DNA of 64,000 bases, from contig JBPOFY010000008.1 of NCBI GenBank assembly GCA_051252375.1, positions 64,001-128,000 on the forward strand, in the 5' to 3' direction. Source of the stretch: Opitutaceae bacterium (GTDB lineage: Bacteria > Verrucomicrobiota > Verrucomicrobiia > Opitutales > Coraliomargaritaceae). Positions 1 through 11,429 of this stretch are shown here, piece after piece. Under the pieces are notes generated by a model, which ran no database searches, had not been told where the DNA came from, and was given only the letters and a program-made list of their open reading frames with translations. Every line of letters starts with the position of its first letter. Position 1 is the stretch's first letter. A program made the position numbers and the translations under genes.

Positions 1-237
1 ACCGTGCTGGGCTTGGTTTTGCTCGCTTCGATCGCAGTAGTCGGCGGTCAGCTTTGCATCACTGAAGCCTTCAGGCATATCAACGTCGCGAAGGGCTCCA
101 CCTTACAAATGCTCACACCGGCACTAACTGTGATTTGCAGCGCCAGTTTACTAGGAGAATCTTTCAGCGCAGTGGAGATCCTAGGTGGCGGTGCAATTTT
201 GTTTGCTAGCTACCAAATCGTCATTGCAAAGAAATAA
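1..237 (+). CDS. DMT/EamA family transporter, C-terminal part (5' truncated by window)
   Basis: Hydrophobic helices with EamA-like motif (GQLCITEAFRH...LQMLTPALTV...LLGESFS...GGGAIL). Confidence 0.75.
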   Translation, partial: TVLGLVLLASIAVVGGQLCITEAFRHINVAKGSTLQMLTPALTVICSASLLGESFSAVEILGGGAILFASYQIVIAKK

Positions 238-254
238 GATTAGGCAAAGCCACC

Positions 255-289
255 CTATACACGGATGAGGGCAACTCATCCGTGTATAG
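255..289. terminator. Perfect 15-bp hairpin after the EamA gene (terminator or RNA-stabilising stem)
   Basis: CTATACACGGATGAG-ggcaa-CTCATCCGTGTATAG; no U-tract. Confidence 0.5.
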
Positions 290-441
290 CCCAGATGCTC
301 GTCTGAGACGAAGTCGGTGCTAATAAAATCAACTCACAGCGCATATCTAAAAAAGATGTAAAAGCGGATAGACGTTAGGTTCTAGAATTGACTCTACGTG
401 ATATCTGTAAAATGAAGTAGGTAGAGGAGGAAGCGTATCTA

Positions 442-2205
442 ATGTCAAATCCACGAAAAATTAAACCAACAGACTTAAAGCTACTAGTCGATAGGACTAT
501 AAGTCTCGATCTTAGTGCTACGCTAATTGATGCATATTCTGCATTTAAGGATTCTGGCTTTGATTGTATTGCAGTCGTAGAAGGTGATAAACCGGTCGGC
601 TTATTGAGACTTAAAGATTTGCCTCCCATACCAAAGGAAGAGCAACCCAAGCGAGGCTTTTTGTTTTCACGAAATCGAAAGAACGATCAGCCTGACGTAG
701 AAATCAGCTCACTGATGCTTAAAGACCCTTTGATTATCGAATATGGCACAGATATAGATGTATTGTTTCACACTGTTTTCGAACGCGCTGGCCAACGCCT
801 GAAAGAAGACGTTATTCTTGTTAGGGCAGACGGATCTTACTTTGGATTGATACCTGCGAATGCCGTGTTTCGCTTGCTTTATGGATTTTTGGGCAAGCAC
901 ATGAAAGAGCTGCGCGTTCAAAAAGAGAAAGTGATGCTACAGAATATGCAGGTAGTTAAAGTGCAGAAAGATTTAGAGCTAACGAACGATAAATTATTGA
1001 TATCGCGAGACAAGGCTCTCGAGGGCGTGCGAATGAAAAATATCTTTTTGGCGAATATGAGCCATGAGATACGCACCCCGATGAATGGTGTCTTCGGCAT
1101 GATCGATTTACTCTATGATACTGAATTGGACCATGACCAAGAGCAGCTAGTCTCTACGGCTCGTAGCAGTGCTGAGACATTGATGCGTATCATTAATGAC
1201 ATTTTAGATTTTTCTAAAATTGAGGCGGGCAAGGTCAGCGTCGAAATGATGCCGTTTAATATTAAGGAAGTCATTGAATCCTCGGTTGCTCTGTATTCAG
1301 ACGCAGCGACGGAAAAGGACATTGAGTTAGTGCTGACTTTCGAGGATTTACCCAACTGGGTGGTGGGCGATCCACACCGCTATCAGCAAATATTTAACAA
1401 CTTAGTCAGTAACGCGATCAAGTTCACAGAATGCGGCGAAGTGAAGATCACGGCTTCAGGTGTCGTCACAAAGGAAGGCGAAGCTATTTTAACTGAGATC
1501 AAGGATTCGGGTATAGGTATATCGACTGACAAGGTTGATACCATATTCCAACCATTCACTCAGGCGGATGAATCTACCGTCAGGAAATACGGAGGAACTG
1601 GACTAGGGCTTTCAATATGTAAAGATCTCGCTGATTTACTCGGTGGGTATATCGAATGCGACAGCCAGTTAGGTGATGGCTCTGAATTTTCTTATGTAGT
1701 GCCTTTTGCTACATATCATGTTGACGGAGTCAGCGAGGAGAAGTGCGCGAATAGTAGTAAGAAATGCTCCTCGACGAAATTTTCGGATCGAGCTGATTTC
1801 AGCGGCATGAAAGTGCTCTTAGTTGAGGATAATATCGTCAACCAAGAGGTGGCTAATCGTTTCTTGTTAAAATTAAACTGTGAAGTCGATATCGTGGAAA
1901 ATGGAAGTGTCGCTTTGGACTATCTCGCCGCAAATGGCTATGATTGTATATTCATGGACTGCCAAATGCCCGTAATGGATGGATACGAATCGACAAAGTC
2001 TATTCGCCAGGGTCTAGCCGGAGAAAATAACAAAGATATATTCATTGCAGCGATGACGGCACATGCCCTGTCTGGCGACCGAGAAAAGTGCATCGAGCAC
2101 GGGATGGATCACTATTTCAGCAAGCCGTTCGGATTACATGATTTCCGGAAGTCCTTAATACTATCGACCGAGAAGGCTAAGAGTGTTTACGGGCACGCTG
2201 GCTGA
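442..2205 (+). CDS. Cytoplasmic hybrid sensor histidine kinase (CBS-like pair, HisKA, HATPase, REC)
   Basis: FLANMSHEIRTPMNG H-box, NLVSNAIKFT, DSGIGI, GGTGLGL, receiver LLVEDN...FMDCQMP; N-terminal CBS-like VVEGDKPVGLL and GSYFGLI; no TM segment. Confidence 0.9.
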   Translation: MSNPRKIKPTDLKLLVDRTISLDLSATLIDAYSAFKDSGFDCIAVVEGDKPVGLLRLKDLPPIPKEEQPKRGFLFSRNRKNDQPDVEISSLMLKDPLIIEYGTDIDVLFHTVFERAGQRLKEDVILVRADGSYFGLIPANAVFRLLYGFLGKHMKELRVQKEKVMLQNMQVVKVQKDLELTNDKLLISRDKALEGVRMKNIFLANMSHEIRTPMNGVFGMIDLLYDTELDHDQEQLVSTARSSAETLMRIINDILDFSKIEAGKVSVEMMPFNIKEVIESSVALYSDAATEKDIELVLTFEDLPNWVVGDPHRYQQIFNNLVSNAIKFTECGEVKITASGVVTKEGEAILTEIKDSGIGISTDKVDTIFQPFTQADESTVRKYGGTGLGLSICKDLADLLGGYIECDSQLGDGSEFSYVVPFATYHVDGVSEEKCANSSKKCSSTKFSDRADFSGMKVLLVEDNIVNQEVANRFLLKLNCEVDIVENGSVALDYLAANGYDCIFMDCQMPVMDGYESTKSIRQGLAGENNKDIFIAAMTAHALSGDREKCIEHGMDHYFSKPFGLHDFRKSLILSTEKAKSVYGHAG

Positions 2206-2290
2206 GTTCGCCCTTCTCAATCGCCTTCATCTGGCGGATCATACGTATTCAATGGTTTTCGTGTCTTTTGCGATTTTCGTAGTATAACCT

Positions 2291-2902
2291 TCAGCTCCTC
2301 ATCCGTGAAATGCCCAGTCCCCTGTTTAGATAGATACCAACCGCGCCATCTTCATCATCGAAAACAAGTGTGTGCTTTTCAATCTTCAGGAATTGGCGGA
2401 AAGCTTTTAGCCGCTCATTCACCAGTAAAACATCACCTTGATGATTACCAAGAAAAGTCCGCATAGCCTTCAGTGTTTTTGCATCATATATTAAAAAGCT
2501 AGCGACGACTAAATCCACTTCGGGCAAATCAATCGCCTCATAAGAACCGAGTAGTGTCGTGTAGTTTTCCAGTCCATTTTGATCCATTTGTTCCGCGCAC
2601 AATTCGACTGCGGCCGGCGCGAGATCATTGATCCATACGTGTGAACAATATTTGCCCAACACCACTGTCTCGGCGCCGACACCTGCACCCAAAACCAGCA
2701 CGCGCTTACCTCGAATATGATCCAAGTTTTCCAGCAGCCACCGATTGAGCACTTCCGTTACGCCCCAGCGACAATCATAAAACACAGCCACCCCCGCATC
2801 CATATCCGAGCGCACCCGTGCTTCTACGTATGGATGATCAAGGTTGATCAATACATACGACTCATCTTTAATATGAACCGACTCCCAAAGTTGCCCCTGC
2901 AT
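2291..2902 (-). CDS. Class I SAM-dependent methyltransferase (protein methyltransferase-like)
   Basis: Motif I GKRVLVLGAGVGAE, preceded by W..EVLNRWL; ATG at 2902 preferred over TTG at 2917. Confidence 0.75.
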   Translation of the reverse strand: MQGQLWESVHIKDESYVLINLDHPYVEARVRSDMDAGVAVFYDCRWGVTEVLNRWLLENLDHIRGKRVLVLGAGVGAETVVLGKYCSHVWINDLAPAAVELCAEQMDQNGLENYTTLLGSYEAIDLPEVDLVVASFLIYDAKTLKAMRTFLGNHQGDVLLVNERLKAFRQFLKIEKHTLVFDDEDGAVGIYLNRGLGISRMRS

Positions 2903-3055
2903 ACAGAACAGAGTCAAATTCTACGCATCGCGGCAACTACCATGTAGGTCTAATCTCAGCCCTGCTCTGAAACCTAAAAGCGTGACTTCCCCCGTATGTG
3001 ATCTTTAAACAGAACACACAATCCGGGACACACTCAATCGCACCTAAACAACAAT

Positions 3056-3502
3056 ATGAAAATAGAAGCCGTCAATTCAGATGCTTGGAATATAGCCAAA
3101 GGAACCAATCCAGAAAAGCCGACAGTCTTGCGTTTTCGACCTAGCCTAGAGGCATTTCTAGGAGATGGAAACTATCCCCGAAGACTCGCCATCACTTGGC
3201 AGTTTGAGCCAGTGGATGCCACAGGCATGCCATCCGATACTCAAAGCGCCGATATGAAAGATTTCGAAGACCTGATGATCGAAGCGCTGGATCCAGACCG
3301 CTTAGCAATCCTCGCCTTCGTATTCACCAGTGGCGGGTCCAGGGAGTGGCACTTTTATCTCTCAGACGTCAGCGAAGTCGGCATTCGCATCAATCAAGCC
3401 CTCTCAACCATCCCCAAGCTTCCGATCGAACTAAACGTCGAGGACGACCCAAATTGGGACGAACTAAGGCCCGTCTACCAACTGCGTAATCAAGGCGAAT
3501 AA
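3056..3502 (+). CDS. DUF695-family protein
   Basis: YPRRLAITW..GMPS..E..FED, TSGGSREWHFY and DDPNWD motifs. Confidence 0.7.
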   Translation: MKIEAVNSDAWNIAKGTNPEKPTVLRFRPSLEAFLGDGNYPRRLAITWQFEPVDATGMPSDTQSADMKDFEDLMIEALDPDRLAILAFVFTSGGSREWHFYLSDVSEVGIRINQALSTIPKLPIELNVEDDPNWDELRPVYQLRNQGE

Positions 3503-3561
3503 ATCCGGCTGAAAAAAGGGATTCTTCGACTGCCCCATGGAATCTTTATATTTTGCGTTCG

Positions 3562-3621
3562 ACCCCTTTTTAGCCCCTTTTTAGCCCCGCCCTTTTTAGC
3601 CCCCGACCCCTTTTTAGCCCC
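3562..3621. repeat. Tandem repeat of CCCTTTTTAGCCCC, 4 copies (G-run-rich on minus strand)
   Basis: gacccctttttagcccctttttagccccgccctttttagcccccgacccctttttagcccc read directly. Confidence 0.9.
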
Positions 3622-3832
3622 TGATGTAAATATTCACCCCGTTTTCCAGCCCCCAAGCTTGATATACGGCGCTTAACTCACGTCCGCTCCTACGTCGCTC
3701 AAGACGCTAAGCTGCCAACGTATCTATCTTTGCACCTCTCGCCTTTATCAATATCCTGTAAGGTAAAACAAGGTTGCCGATTTGGCGCTCGTCGAATACA
3801 AATTAAGCTTCCTCTACTTAAAGAAGCGCGAC

Positions 3833-6800
3833 ATGCCCCAGTCGATACAACTCAAGATCACGCCCCTACTATTGCTATTCTTAGCAATAGTGAGCGCTCA
3901 CGCGTCTGAGCCAACGAAGCGCATCCTCTACCTAAGCTCCTACCATTCAGAGTTTACCTCAGCGCCGGGCCATTTCAAAGCAGTCACGCAGCTGCTCAAC
4001 CAAGCAGGCCGAGAAATCGACGTCATCTATATGGACACAAAACGCCGTCCTGTGGCGGAGCGTTTCCCGCTCACACACGAACAAATCCATGACAAGGTTC
4101 AATCTGACGGCAGCTATGACCTCATCCTGTCGTCGGATGACAATGCTCTGAAATTCCTACTACAGTATAAGGATGAATTATTGGGGTCGATCCCTGTCAT
4201 CTTTTTTGGAATTAATGATTATGAATTAGCTAATACCGCAGCGCAACGCGCCGACTATTCCGGAATTTTAGAACAGAACTCCCTAGATGAAAATGCGGAA
4301 CTCGCATTCGATCTCTTTCCGGACTTGGGCACGTTGCATGTGATTACCGATCCCACTCCGAGTGGTCAGGCCCAATTAAAGTCCCTACTGGTAAATCTAT
4401 CGTCGGAGATAAAAGCCCGACTTCAGGTCGAAGATTTAAGTCGTTATAGTTTCTCCGAGCTCGCAGAGCAGCTGCAATCGTATCCGAACAACGACGTCAT
4501 ACTCTTACTCTCGGCGTATGCAGACAAGGAAGGCATGCAAATGGGGTTTCTGGATCTGACGTTGTGGCTCAAACGCCACGCGCAGAGACCGATCATCTAC
4601 CCCTATTCACACGGAATTGGGCTCGGTTTCCTTGGAGGAAAAGTAGTCTCACATTACCAAATGGCCCAACTGGCGACGACACTTGCTGAAGACTACCTCA
4701 ACGGTAAGCCGCTTCCGGAAAATCATTTGATCGAAGATTACGGCAACATTTACACCTTTGATTATAAGGAGCTGCAGCGCCATCAGCTGCGCGTCTCCCA
4801 ATTACCCAAAGGCGCAGTGATACTCGACCAGCCTCTATCCATTTATGCGAAATACAAGGCCTACTTCATCACTGCATTTATCGTCGCCGTCTTACTCGCT
4901 GCCTGCGGTATAGTGATCGGGTTCATTTATTTAAGACAGCGAAAGCTGCTGATTAGTCTCAAGGAAAGTGAAGGCCAAACCGCTGGCCTTTTCAAAAATA
5001 GCTCCACTCCCATACTCCTGATCGCCCCCCAAGGTGGACAAATCCTCAATGCCAATCCCGCCGCCCTGGACTATTACGGCTACTCCCAGACTGAACTCTC
5101 ACAACTCAATTTATCGGAAATTGATGGAGGTGCTTTTGCTGCGATGGATGATATGTTGGAGCGTGTCACCGCAGGCGAAAGAAAGAGCTATCAATTTAAG
5201 CACCGTTTGCGCAACGGTGAACAAAGGACAGTCGAAGTCCTGTTCATTTGCATACAGCAGCAAGAAGAACCCGTGCTCTTCTCAATCGTGCAAGACAACA
5301 CGGAACGGCGTCATATGGAAGAGGTTTTAGCCGCCGAGCAAACACGACTCTCTAACATACTCTCAGGCACCCACGTCGGCACTTGGGAATGGAATGTGGA
5401 GACGAGCGCTTTGAAGCTAAATCAGTATTGGGCAGAAATGGTCGGCTATAGTCTAGAGGAACTGGCTCCCCTTACATTAGAGACGTGGATCAATCTATCC
5501 CACCCGGACGACCTCGAAGTTGCAATGGAACGCATCAACGATCACTTCGAGGGGAGAACAGACTACTACGCGTGCGAACTGCGCATGAAGCATAAAAACG
5601 GCTCATGGGTCTGGATTCTGGCCCGAGGGAAACTCGCCACGCGGACGCAAGAAGGGAAGCCTGAATGGATGTATGGCACCCACCAAGACATCACGGGAAT
5701 CAAAAAACACGAAGCCGCACTCATCGAAGCGAAGGAGGCGGCTGAAGCCGCCAGCCAAGCAAAGAATGTCTTTCTCGCGACAATGAGCCATGAATTGCGC
5801 ACGCCCCTGAACCCGATCCTCGGGTTTACCGATCTGCTACTCGATACAACAGATTTGCCTGACGAACAGCGGGGATGGCTGAAGATCATCCAGTCCCGCT
5901 CAAAAGACCTGCTACAACTCATTGAAGATATTTTGAATATCTCACGTATCGAAGCCGGCCGACTCAGGATCGAAACTAAACCAAGCTTAGTGCAAGATAT
6001 CCTGGATGGCATCTACGGTATCTTTGAGCGACCCTGTGCCGAGAAAGGCCTGATCTTAAAATTTGAAATCGCGCCAGAACTGAATGCCCCCTGCTGCATC
6101 GACCCGACTCGCACGCGACAAATACTACTCAATCTGGTCAGCAATGCCATTAAGTTTTCAGAATCTGGAGAAATCAAGGTCATCGCAAAGCTGGAAACCG
6201 GCAGCGAAAGCGATCGCATGGATGTGCCAAATTTGCATTTAACCGTGCGTGACCAAGGCCCAGGCATTCCTGTAGAACAACACGAAGTCGTCTTTCAGGA
6301 ATTTCAACAACTCGACGGCTCAGATAGCCGTGCGCATGAAGGAGTCGGACTCGGCTTAGCCATCTGTAAACGCCTCACAAAACTCATGCGCGGCAATATT
6401 TGGGTCAACCCTGACTATAAGCAAGGAGCTGAGTTTCATGTCCAGATACCGACACCTCTGCAACAAGCGATCCCCAGCGAACCTCCTGTCTCCGAAGTTA
6501 CCAACGAACAAAGTGCTCCGCCCACGCAAATCACATCGACTACGCCTGAAGCCGTCAGTGTAGCTTCTAAAAAAGATACAAAAGTCCTACTGGTCGAAGA
6601 TGATCCCAGCAATGCACAACTGATTAAAATTTGCTTGAAGCAGCGTCATTATCACGTGACGCATGCCAAGAACGGGCAAGAAGCTGTCGAGCTATGCACC
6701 ACACAGCGCTTCTCCATCATCCTCATGGATATAAAAATGCCAGGGATGAGTGGGTTTGAAGCCACTCGTATCCTGCGCCAAAGAGGCAACACCACTCCCA

Positions 6801-6934
6801 TCATCGCCATCACTGCGCTCGCCTTTCAAGACGACCAACTGGATTTAATCGACGCGGGAATGGATGGGGGCCTGCAAAAGCCAGTCACCCCAAAAGCTCT
6901 CTGGGCTATCATTGATGAGACTATCAAAAATTAA
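3833..6934 (+). CDS. Membrane hybrid sensor histidine kinase (periplasmic ABC substrate-binding-like domain, TM, 2 PAS, HisKA, HATPase, REC)
   Basis: Signal peptide from ATG 3833; LSSYH...YMDTKR sensor; TM YFITAFIVAVLLAACGIVIGFIYL; PAS HPDD; MSHELRTPLNPI; LMDIKMP. Confidence 0.92.
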   Translation: MPQSIQLKITPLLLLFLAIVSAHASEPTKRILYLSSYHSEFTSAPGHFKAVTQLLNQAGREIDVIYMDTKRRPVAERFPLTHEQIHDKVQSDGSYDLILSSDDNALKFLLQYKDELLGSIPVIFFGINDYELANTAAQRADYSGILEQNSLDENAELAFDLFPDLGTLHVITDPTPSGQAQLKSLLVNLSSEIKARLQVEDLSRYSFSELAEQLQSYPNNDVILLLSAYADKEGMQMGFLDLTLWLKRHAQRPIIYPYSHGIGLGFLGGKVVSHYQMAQLATTLAEDYLNGKPLPENHLIEDYGNIYTFDYKELQRHQLRVSQLPKGAVILDQPLSIYAKYKAYFITAFIVAVLLAACGIVIGFIYLRQRKLLISLKESEGQTAGLFKNSSTPILLIAPQGGQILNANPAALDYYGYSQTELSQLNLSEIDGGAFAAMDDMLERVTAGERKSYQFKHRLRNGEQRTVEVLFICIQQQEEPVLFSIVQDNTERRHMEEVLAAEQTRLSNILSGTHVGTWEWNVETSALKLNQYWAEMVGYSLEELAPLTLETWINLSHPDDLEVAMERINDHFEGRTDYYACELRMKHKNGSWVWILARGKLATRTQEGKPEWMYGTHQDITGIKKHEAALIEAKEAAEAASQAKNVFLATMSHELRTPLNPILGFTDLLLDTTDLPDEQRGWLKIIQSRSKDLLQLIEDILNISRIEAGRLRIETKPSLVQDILDGIYGIFERPCAEKGLILKFEIAPELNAPCCIDPTRTRQILLNLVSNAIKFSESGEIKVIAKLETGSESDRMDVPNLHLTVRDQGPGIPVEQHEVVFQEFQQLDGSDSRAHEGVGLGLAICKRLTKLMRGNIWVNPDYKQGAEFHVQIPTPLQQAIPSEPPVSEVTNEQSAPPTQITSTTPEAVSVASKKDTKVLLVEDDPSNAQLIKICLKQRHYHVTHAKNGQEAVELCTTQRFSIILMDIKMPGMSGFEATRILRQRGNTTPIIAITALAFQDDQLDLIDAGMDGGLQKPVTPKALWAIIDETIKN

Positions 6935-7093
6935 GCGCCAAATCCGAAAAAAAAGGTCAAACGCAAACTATAAAGATCCAGGACATCAGCCTATCGGCGA
7001 GCAGATGAGACAATAAGGGTTGTCATACCGTCAGGGAACAAAGCGACAAGAGTGCCTCTTCTACGGTGCGGGCAAATCTCCGCGGCATACGAA

Positions 7094-7124
7094 AACGCCC
7101 AACTCCTATTCGAAGTTGGGCGTT
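7094..7124. terminator. Hairpin between convergent kinase and gatB genes
   Basis: AACGCCCAACT-N9-AGTTGGGCGTT; followed by TTC on the minus (gatB) strand. Confidence 0.55.
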
Positions 7125-7162
7125 CAAAGTTAAACGTTGGATGTTCGAGCGACTTGTCGCGC

Positions 7163-8629
7163 CTACCCCTCATCGATGAGCTTCTTCAGAAGCTGATCGA
7201 GCATTGCAGGATTGGCTTTGCCTTTGGTGGCTTTCATGACGGGGCCCTTCAAGGCGTTGAGCGCCTTTTCGTTGCCTTCTTTATATTGGCCGACGGCTTT
7301 GGCGTTGCCGGCGATGGCTTCGCGGCAGAGGGCTTCGATCTCGCCGGTGTCGTTGCTTTGCTTGAGACCTTTCTTCTCGACGATCGCGTCGGGCATGTCG
7401 CCGGTGGCGAACATTTCAGTGAAGACTTCTTTGCCGATTTGTTTGGAGATGACGCCTTCGTCGATGATCTTTGCAAGCGTGCCAATGTGCGCGGGTGTGA
7501 GCTTTGATTGGCTGACAGAGTGCGCCGATTCACCGTGCTCGGAGACTGCGGAGAGTTCGCGCAACAAGTCGTTGGTGATGTAGTTGGCGATCGCCTTGGG
7601 CGCGTTGTGCGTTTCCAAAGCGGCTTCAAAGAATTCACTGAGCTCGCGGTCTTGGCAGAGCACTGAAGTGATGGTAAAGGGAAGATCGAGGTCTTTCTGA
7701 TAGCGGCGTTGCTTGTCCAAGGGACGCTCTGGCAGCTCGGCTTCGAGCTCGGCAACGCGGGCGCGGCCCATTTGCACGGGCATCAAATCGGGGTCTGGGA
7801 AATAGCGGTAGTCGTGGGCTTCTTCTTTGCTGCGCAGTGAGAAGCTGATGCCCTTGTCCACATCCCAGCGACGGGTCTCTTGCGTGATGCTGCCGCCGTC
7901 TTCCAGAATTTCAGTCTGGCGTTGAATCTCGTATTCGATCGATGCCTTGACGTTGGACATCGAGTTCAAGTTCTTCATCTCGGTGCGGGTGCCGAGCTTG
8001 TCGGAACCGACGGGACGAATGGAGACGTTGGCGTCGCAGCGCATTTGACCCTTCTCCATATCACAGTCGGAAATACCGGCATAGATGATCATGTTGCGCA
8101 GGCAGTTTAAAAAAGCGACTGCCTCAGTGGAGGAGCTCATATCAGGCTCGGTCACGATTTCGGCGAGCGGCACGCCGGCGCGGTTGAAATCGATTACGGT
8201 TTCGAAAGCTTCGTGTGTCAGCTTACCTGGATCTTCTTCGAGGTGAATACGGTTGAGAATCACCCAACGATGCTCGCCTTCGACATTGCGCGATGGACCA
8301 GGGAGTTCGATCTCGACCTTGCCACCAATGCAGAGCGGTTGCTCGTTTTGCGTGAGTTGGTAGTTCTTCGGCGAGTCGGGATAAAAGTAGTTCTTGCGGT
8401 CCCACTTACACTCTTCGGCGATCTCGCAGCCGAGCATGAGACCGAGCTTGGCGCACTTCTCGATCGCGGCGTGGTTGAGCACGGGCAATGTCCCCGGAAG
8501 CCCGAGCACGACGGCGTCGGTCAAGGTGTTGGGCGCAGCACCATACTCGTAAGGCGCGGCGGTGAACATCTTAGTGCGGGTTTTGACTTGGACGTGAATT
8601 TCTAGTCCGATGACTGCTTCGTAGTTCAT
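7163..8629 (-). CDS. gatB: Asp/Glu-tRNA amidotransferase subunit B
   Basis: VIGLEIHVQ, DRKNYFYPDSPKNYQ, RIHLEED, RCDANVS, YRYFPDPDL. Confidence 0.98.
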   Translation of the reverse strand: MNYEAVIGLEIHVQVKTRTKMFTAAPYEYGAAPNTLTDAVVLGLPGTLPVLNHAAIEKCAKLGLMLGCEIAEECKWDRKNYFYPDSPKNYQLTQNEQPLCIGGKVEIELPGPSRNVEGEHRWVILNRIHLEEDPGKLTHEAFETVIDFNRAGVPLAEIVTEPDMSSSTEAVAFLNCLRNMIIYAGISDCDMEKGQMRCDANVSIRPVGSDKLGTRTEMKNLNSMSNVKASIEYEIQRQTEILEDGGSITQETRRWDVDKGISFSLRSKEEAHDYRYFPDPDLMPVQMGRARVAELEAELPERPLDKQRRYQKDLDLPFTITSVLCQDRELSEFFEAALETHNAPKAIANYITNDLLRELSAVSEHGESAHSVSQSKLTPAHIGTLAKIIDEGVISKQIGKEVFTEMFATGDMPDAIVEKKGLKQSNDTGEIEALCREAIAGNAKAVGQYKEGNEKALNALKGPVMKATKGKANPAMLDQLLKKLIDEG

Positions 8630-8745
8630 GAATGAAAATGGCTGATAGCTAATGAGTAATGACTAAGGATACGTCGGTTTTATACAGAATAATTACTATG
8701 ATCGGTTCTTAAAATAATTATTCTGTCACCAATTATTCTGTAAAA

Positions 8746-10212
<1,467 letters not shown>

Positions 10213-10365
10213 TTAAAAATGAATAATAGCTAATGAGTGATGGCTAAGGAAATACGTAGAATTTAACCACAGAAGGCACAAAAATCACAAAACGACTCGA
10301 ATGTGCTCCAACCATAGCTTTTGTGTCTTCTGTGCTTTTTGTGGTTAATCAAAACAGGATACTGC

Positions 10366-10659
10366 TTACTCGACGACTTTTGGGACGACGACTTGGTTGC
10401 CGCGTGACTCGGGGGCCATTTTGGTGAGGACTTCGGGGGCGTAGGTCTCGCCTGGCTCGTCGCCTTCGCGCCAGACGTTGAAGACTTTGTGCGCGTGTGC
10501 CATCGGCTCGACGCCTTCGACGTCGACGGTGTTGAGCTTGTCGAAATAGCCAAGGATGTCGTCGAGTTGACTGCCAAGCTTGGCCTTTTCTTCGTCGGAA
10601 AGATCAAGCCGCGCTAAGTTCGCGACGTAATCGATATCGATGTGTGGTGTTTCAGACAT
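10366..10659 (-). CDS. gatC: Asp/Glu-tRNA amidotransferase subunit C
   Basis: YVANLARL...ILGYFDKL..VDVEGVEP...VPKVVE; upstream of gatA. Confidence 0.95.
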   Translation of the reverse strand: MSETPHIDIDYVANLARLDLSDEEKAKLGSQLDDILGYFDKLNTVDVEGVEPMAHAHKVFNVWREGDEPGETYAPEVLTKMAPESRGNQVVVPKVVE

Positions 10660-10677
10660 GGTAATTGTGGAGATGAA

Positions 10678-11325
10678 CTATTTTAAAAATTTGATCGCAA
10701 CAAAGCCGAGGATGACGAGCACGAGCCCAGCCATCATGAGCCATTCAAAATGCTTTTCAAGGAATGGCTTGATCGTCTTGCCGAACATACGGATCAATCC
10801 GGCTACAAGGAAGAAGCGGAAACCGCGCCCGATGACAGAAGCGAAGGTGAACTGTAAAAAATCAAAGTGTAGCATACCGGATGCAATGGTGAACACCTTG
10901 TAGGGAATTGGCGTGATCGCCGCGACGAGGATGCCGAAGAAACCATATTCGTTATACCAGACCTGCACTTTATCGATCACCGGTTGCCCATGATAGAAAT
11001 CGACGATGCGCTGTCCGATGCCTTCGTAGAGCCCCCACCCGATATAATAGCCCAACATCCCGCCAAGCACCGAGGCGACCGTGCACCACAGTGCGAGTTT
11101 GAACCATTTTGTGGGCGTCGAGAAACAGAGTGCCATCAACAGCACATCGGGCGGCACCGGAAAGAAAGAGGACTCGGCAAACGACAAAAGCACCAACATG
11201 GGCAAGGCATACGGGGTATCCGCCCAGTGCAGAGTCCAGAAATAGACCTTCTTGATCGGGTTACGCGTAGCATGGGCTTGCGCCATGGCTTCGCTGGGCT
11301 GGGTCTCGATGGTTTCTGGATTCAT
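10678..11325 (-). CDS. YqaA/DedA (SNARE-associated) membrane protein
   Basis: SFAESSFFPVPPD, TPIPYKVFTIASG, GRGFRF. Confidence 0.9.
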   Translation of the reverse strand: MNPETIETQPSEAMAQAHATRNPIKKVYFWTLHWADTPYALPMLVLLSFAESSFFPVPPDVLLMALCFSTPTKWFKLALWCTVASVLGGMLGYYIGWGLYEGIGQRIVDFYHGQPVIDKVQVWYNEYGFFGILVAAITPIPYKVFTIASGMLHFDFLQFTFASVIGRGFRFFLVAGLIRMFGKTIKPFLEKHFEWLMMAGLVLVILGFVAIKFLK

Positions 11326-11429
11326 GGTAGATGCAACGCAGGCAGAAAAAAGTAGACCTGCATGCGAAGCTGCTAGTCAGTTTTACCAAAGATTAATGTC
11401 AACACACGATCCATGGATAAAAAAACACC

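Noticed and set aside
255..320. Possible hammerhead ribozyme (GATGAG, CGTCTGAGACGAAG)
   Set aside because: The CUGANGA and GAAA core elements are not present in the required arrangement; only simple hairpins
2950..3520. DUF695 gene as an integron cassette
   Set aside because: Flanks only vaguely resemble cassette ends; no pairing attC could be built
3562..3621. CRISPR-like repeat
   Set aside because: Units are about 14 nt with no unique spacers and no cas genes
6940..7060. c-di-GMP riboswitch (GCAAA motif)
   Set aside because: No supporting P1/P2 stems, and it lies between convergent gene ends
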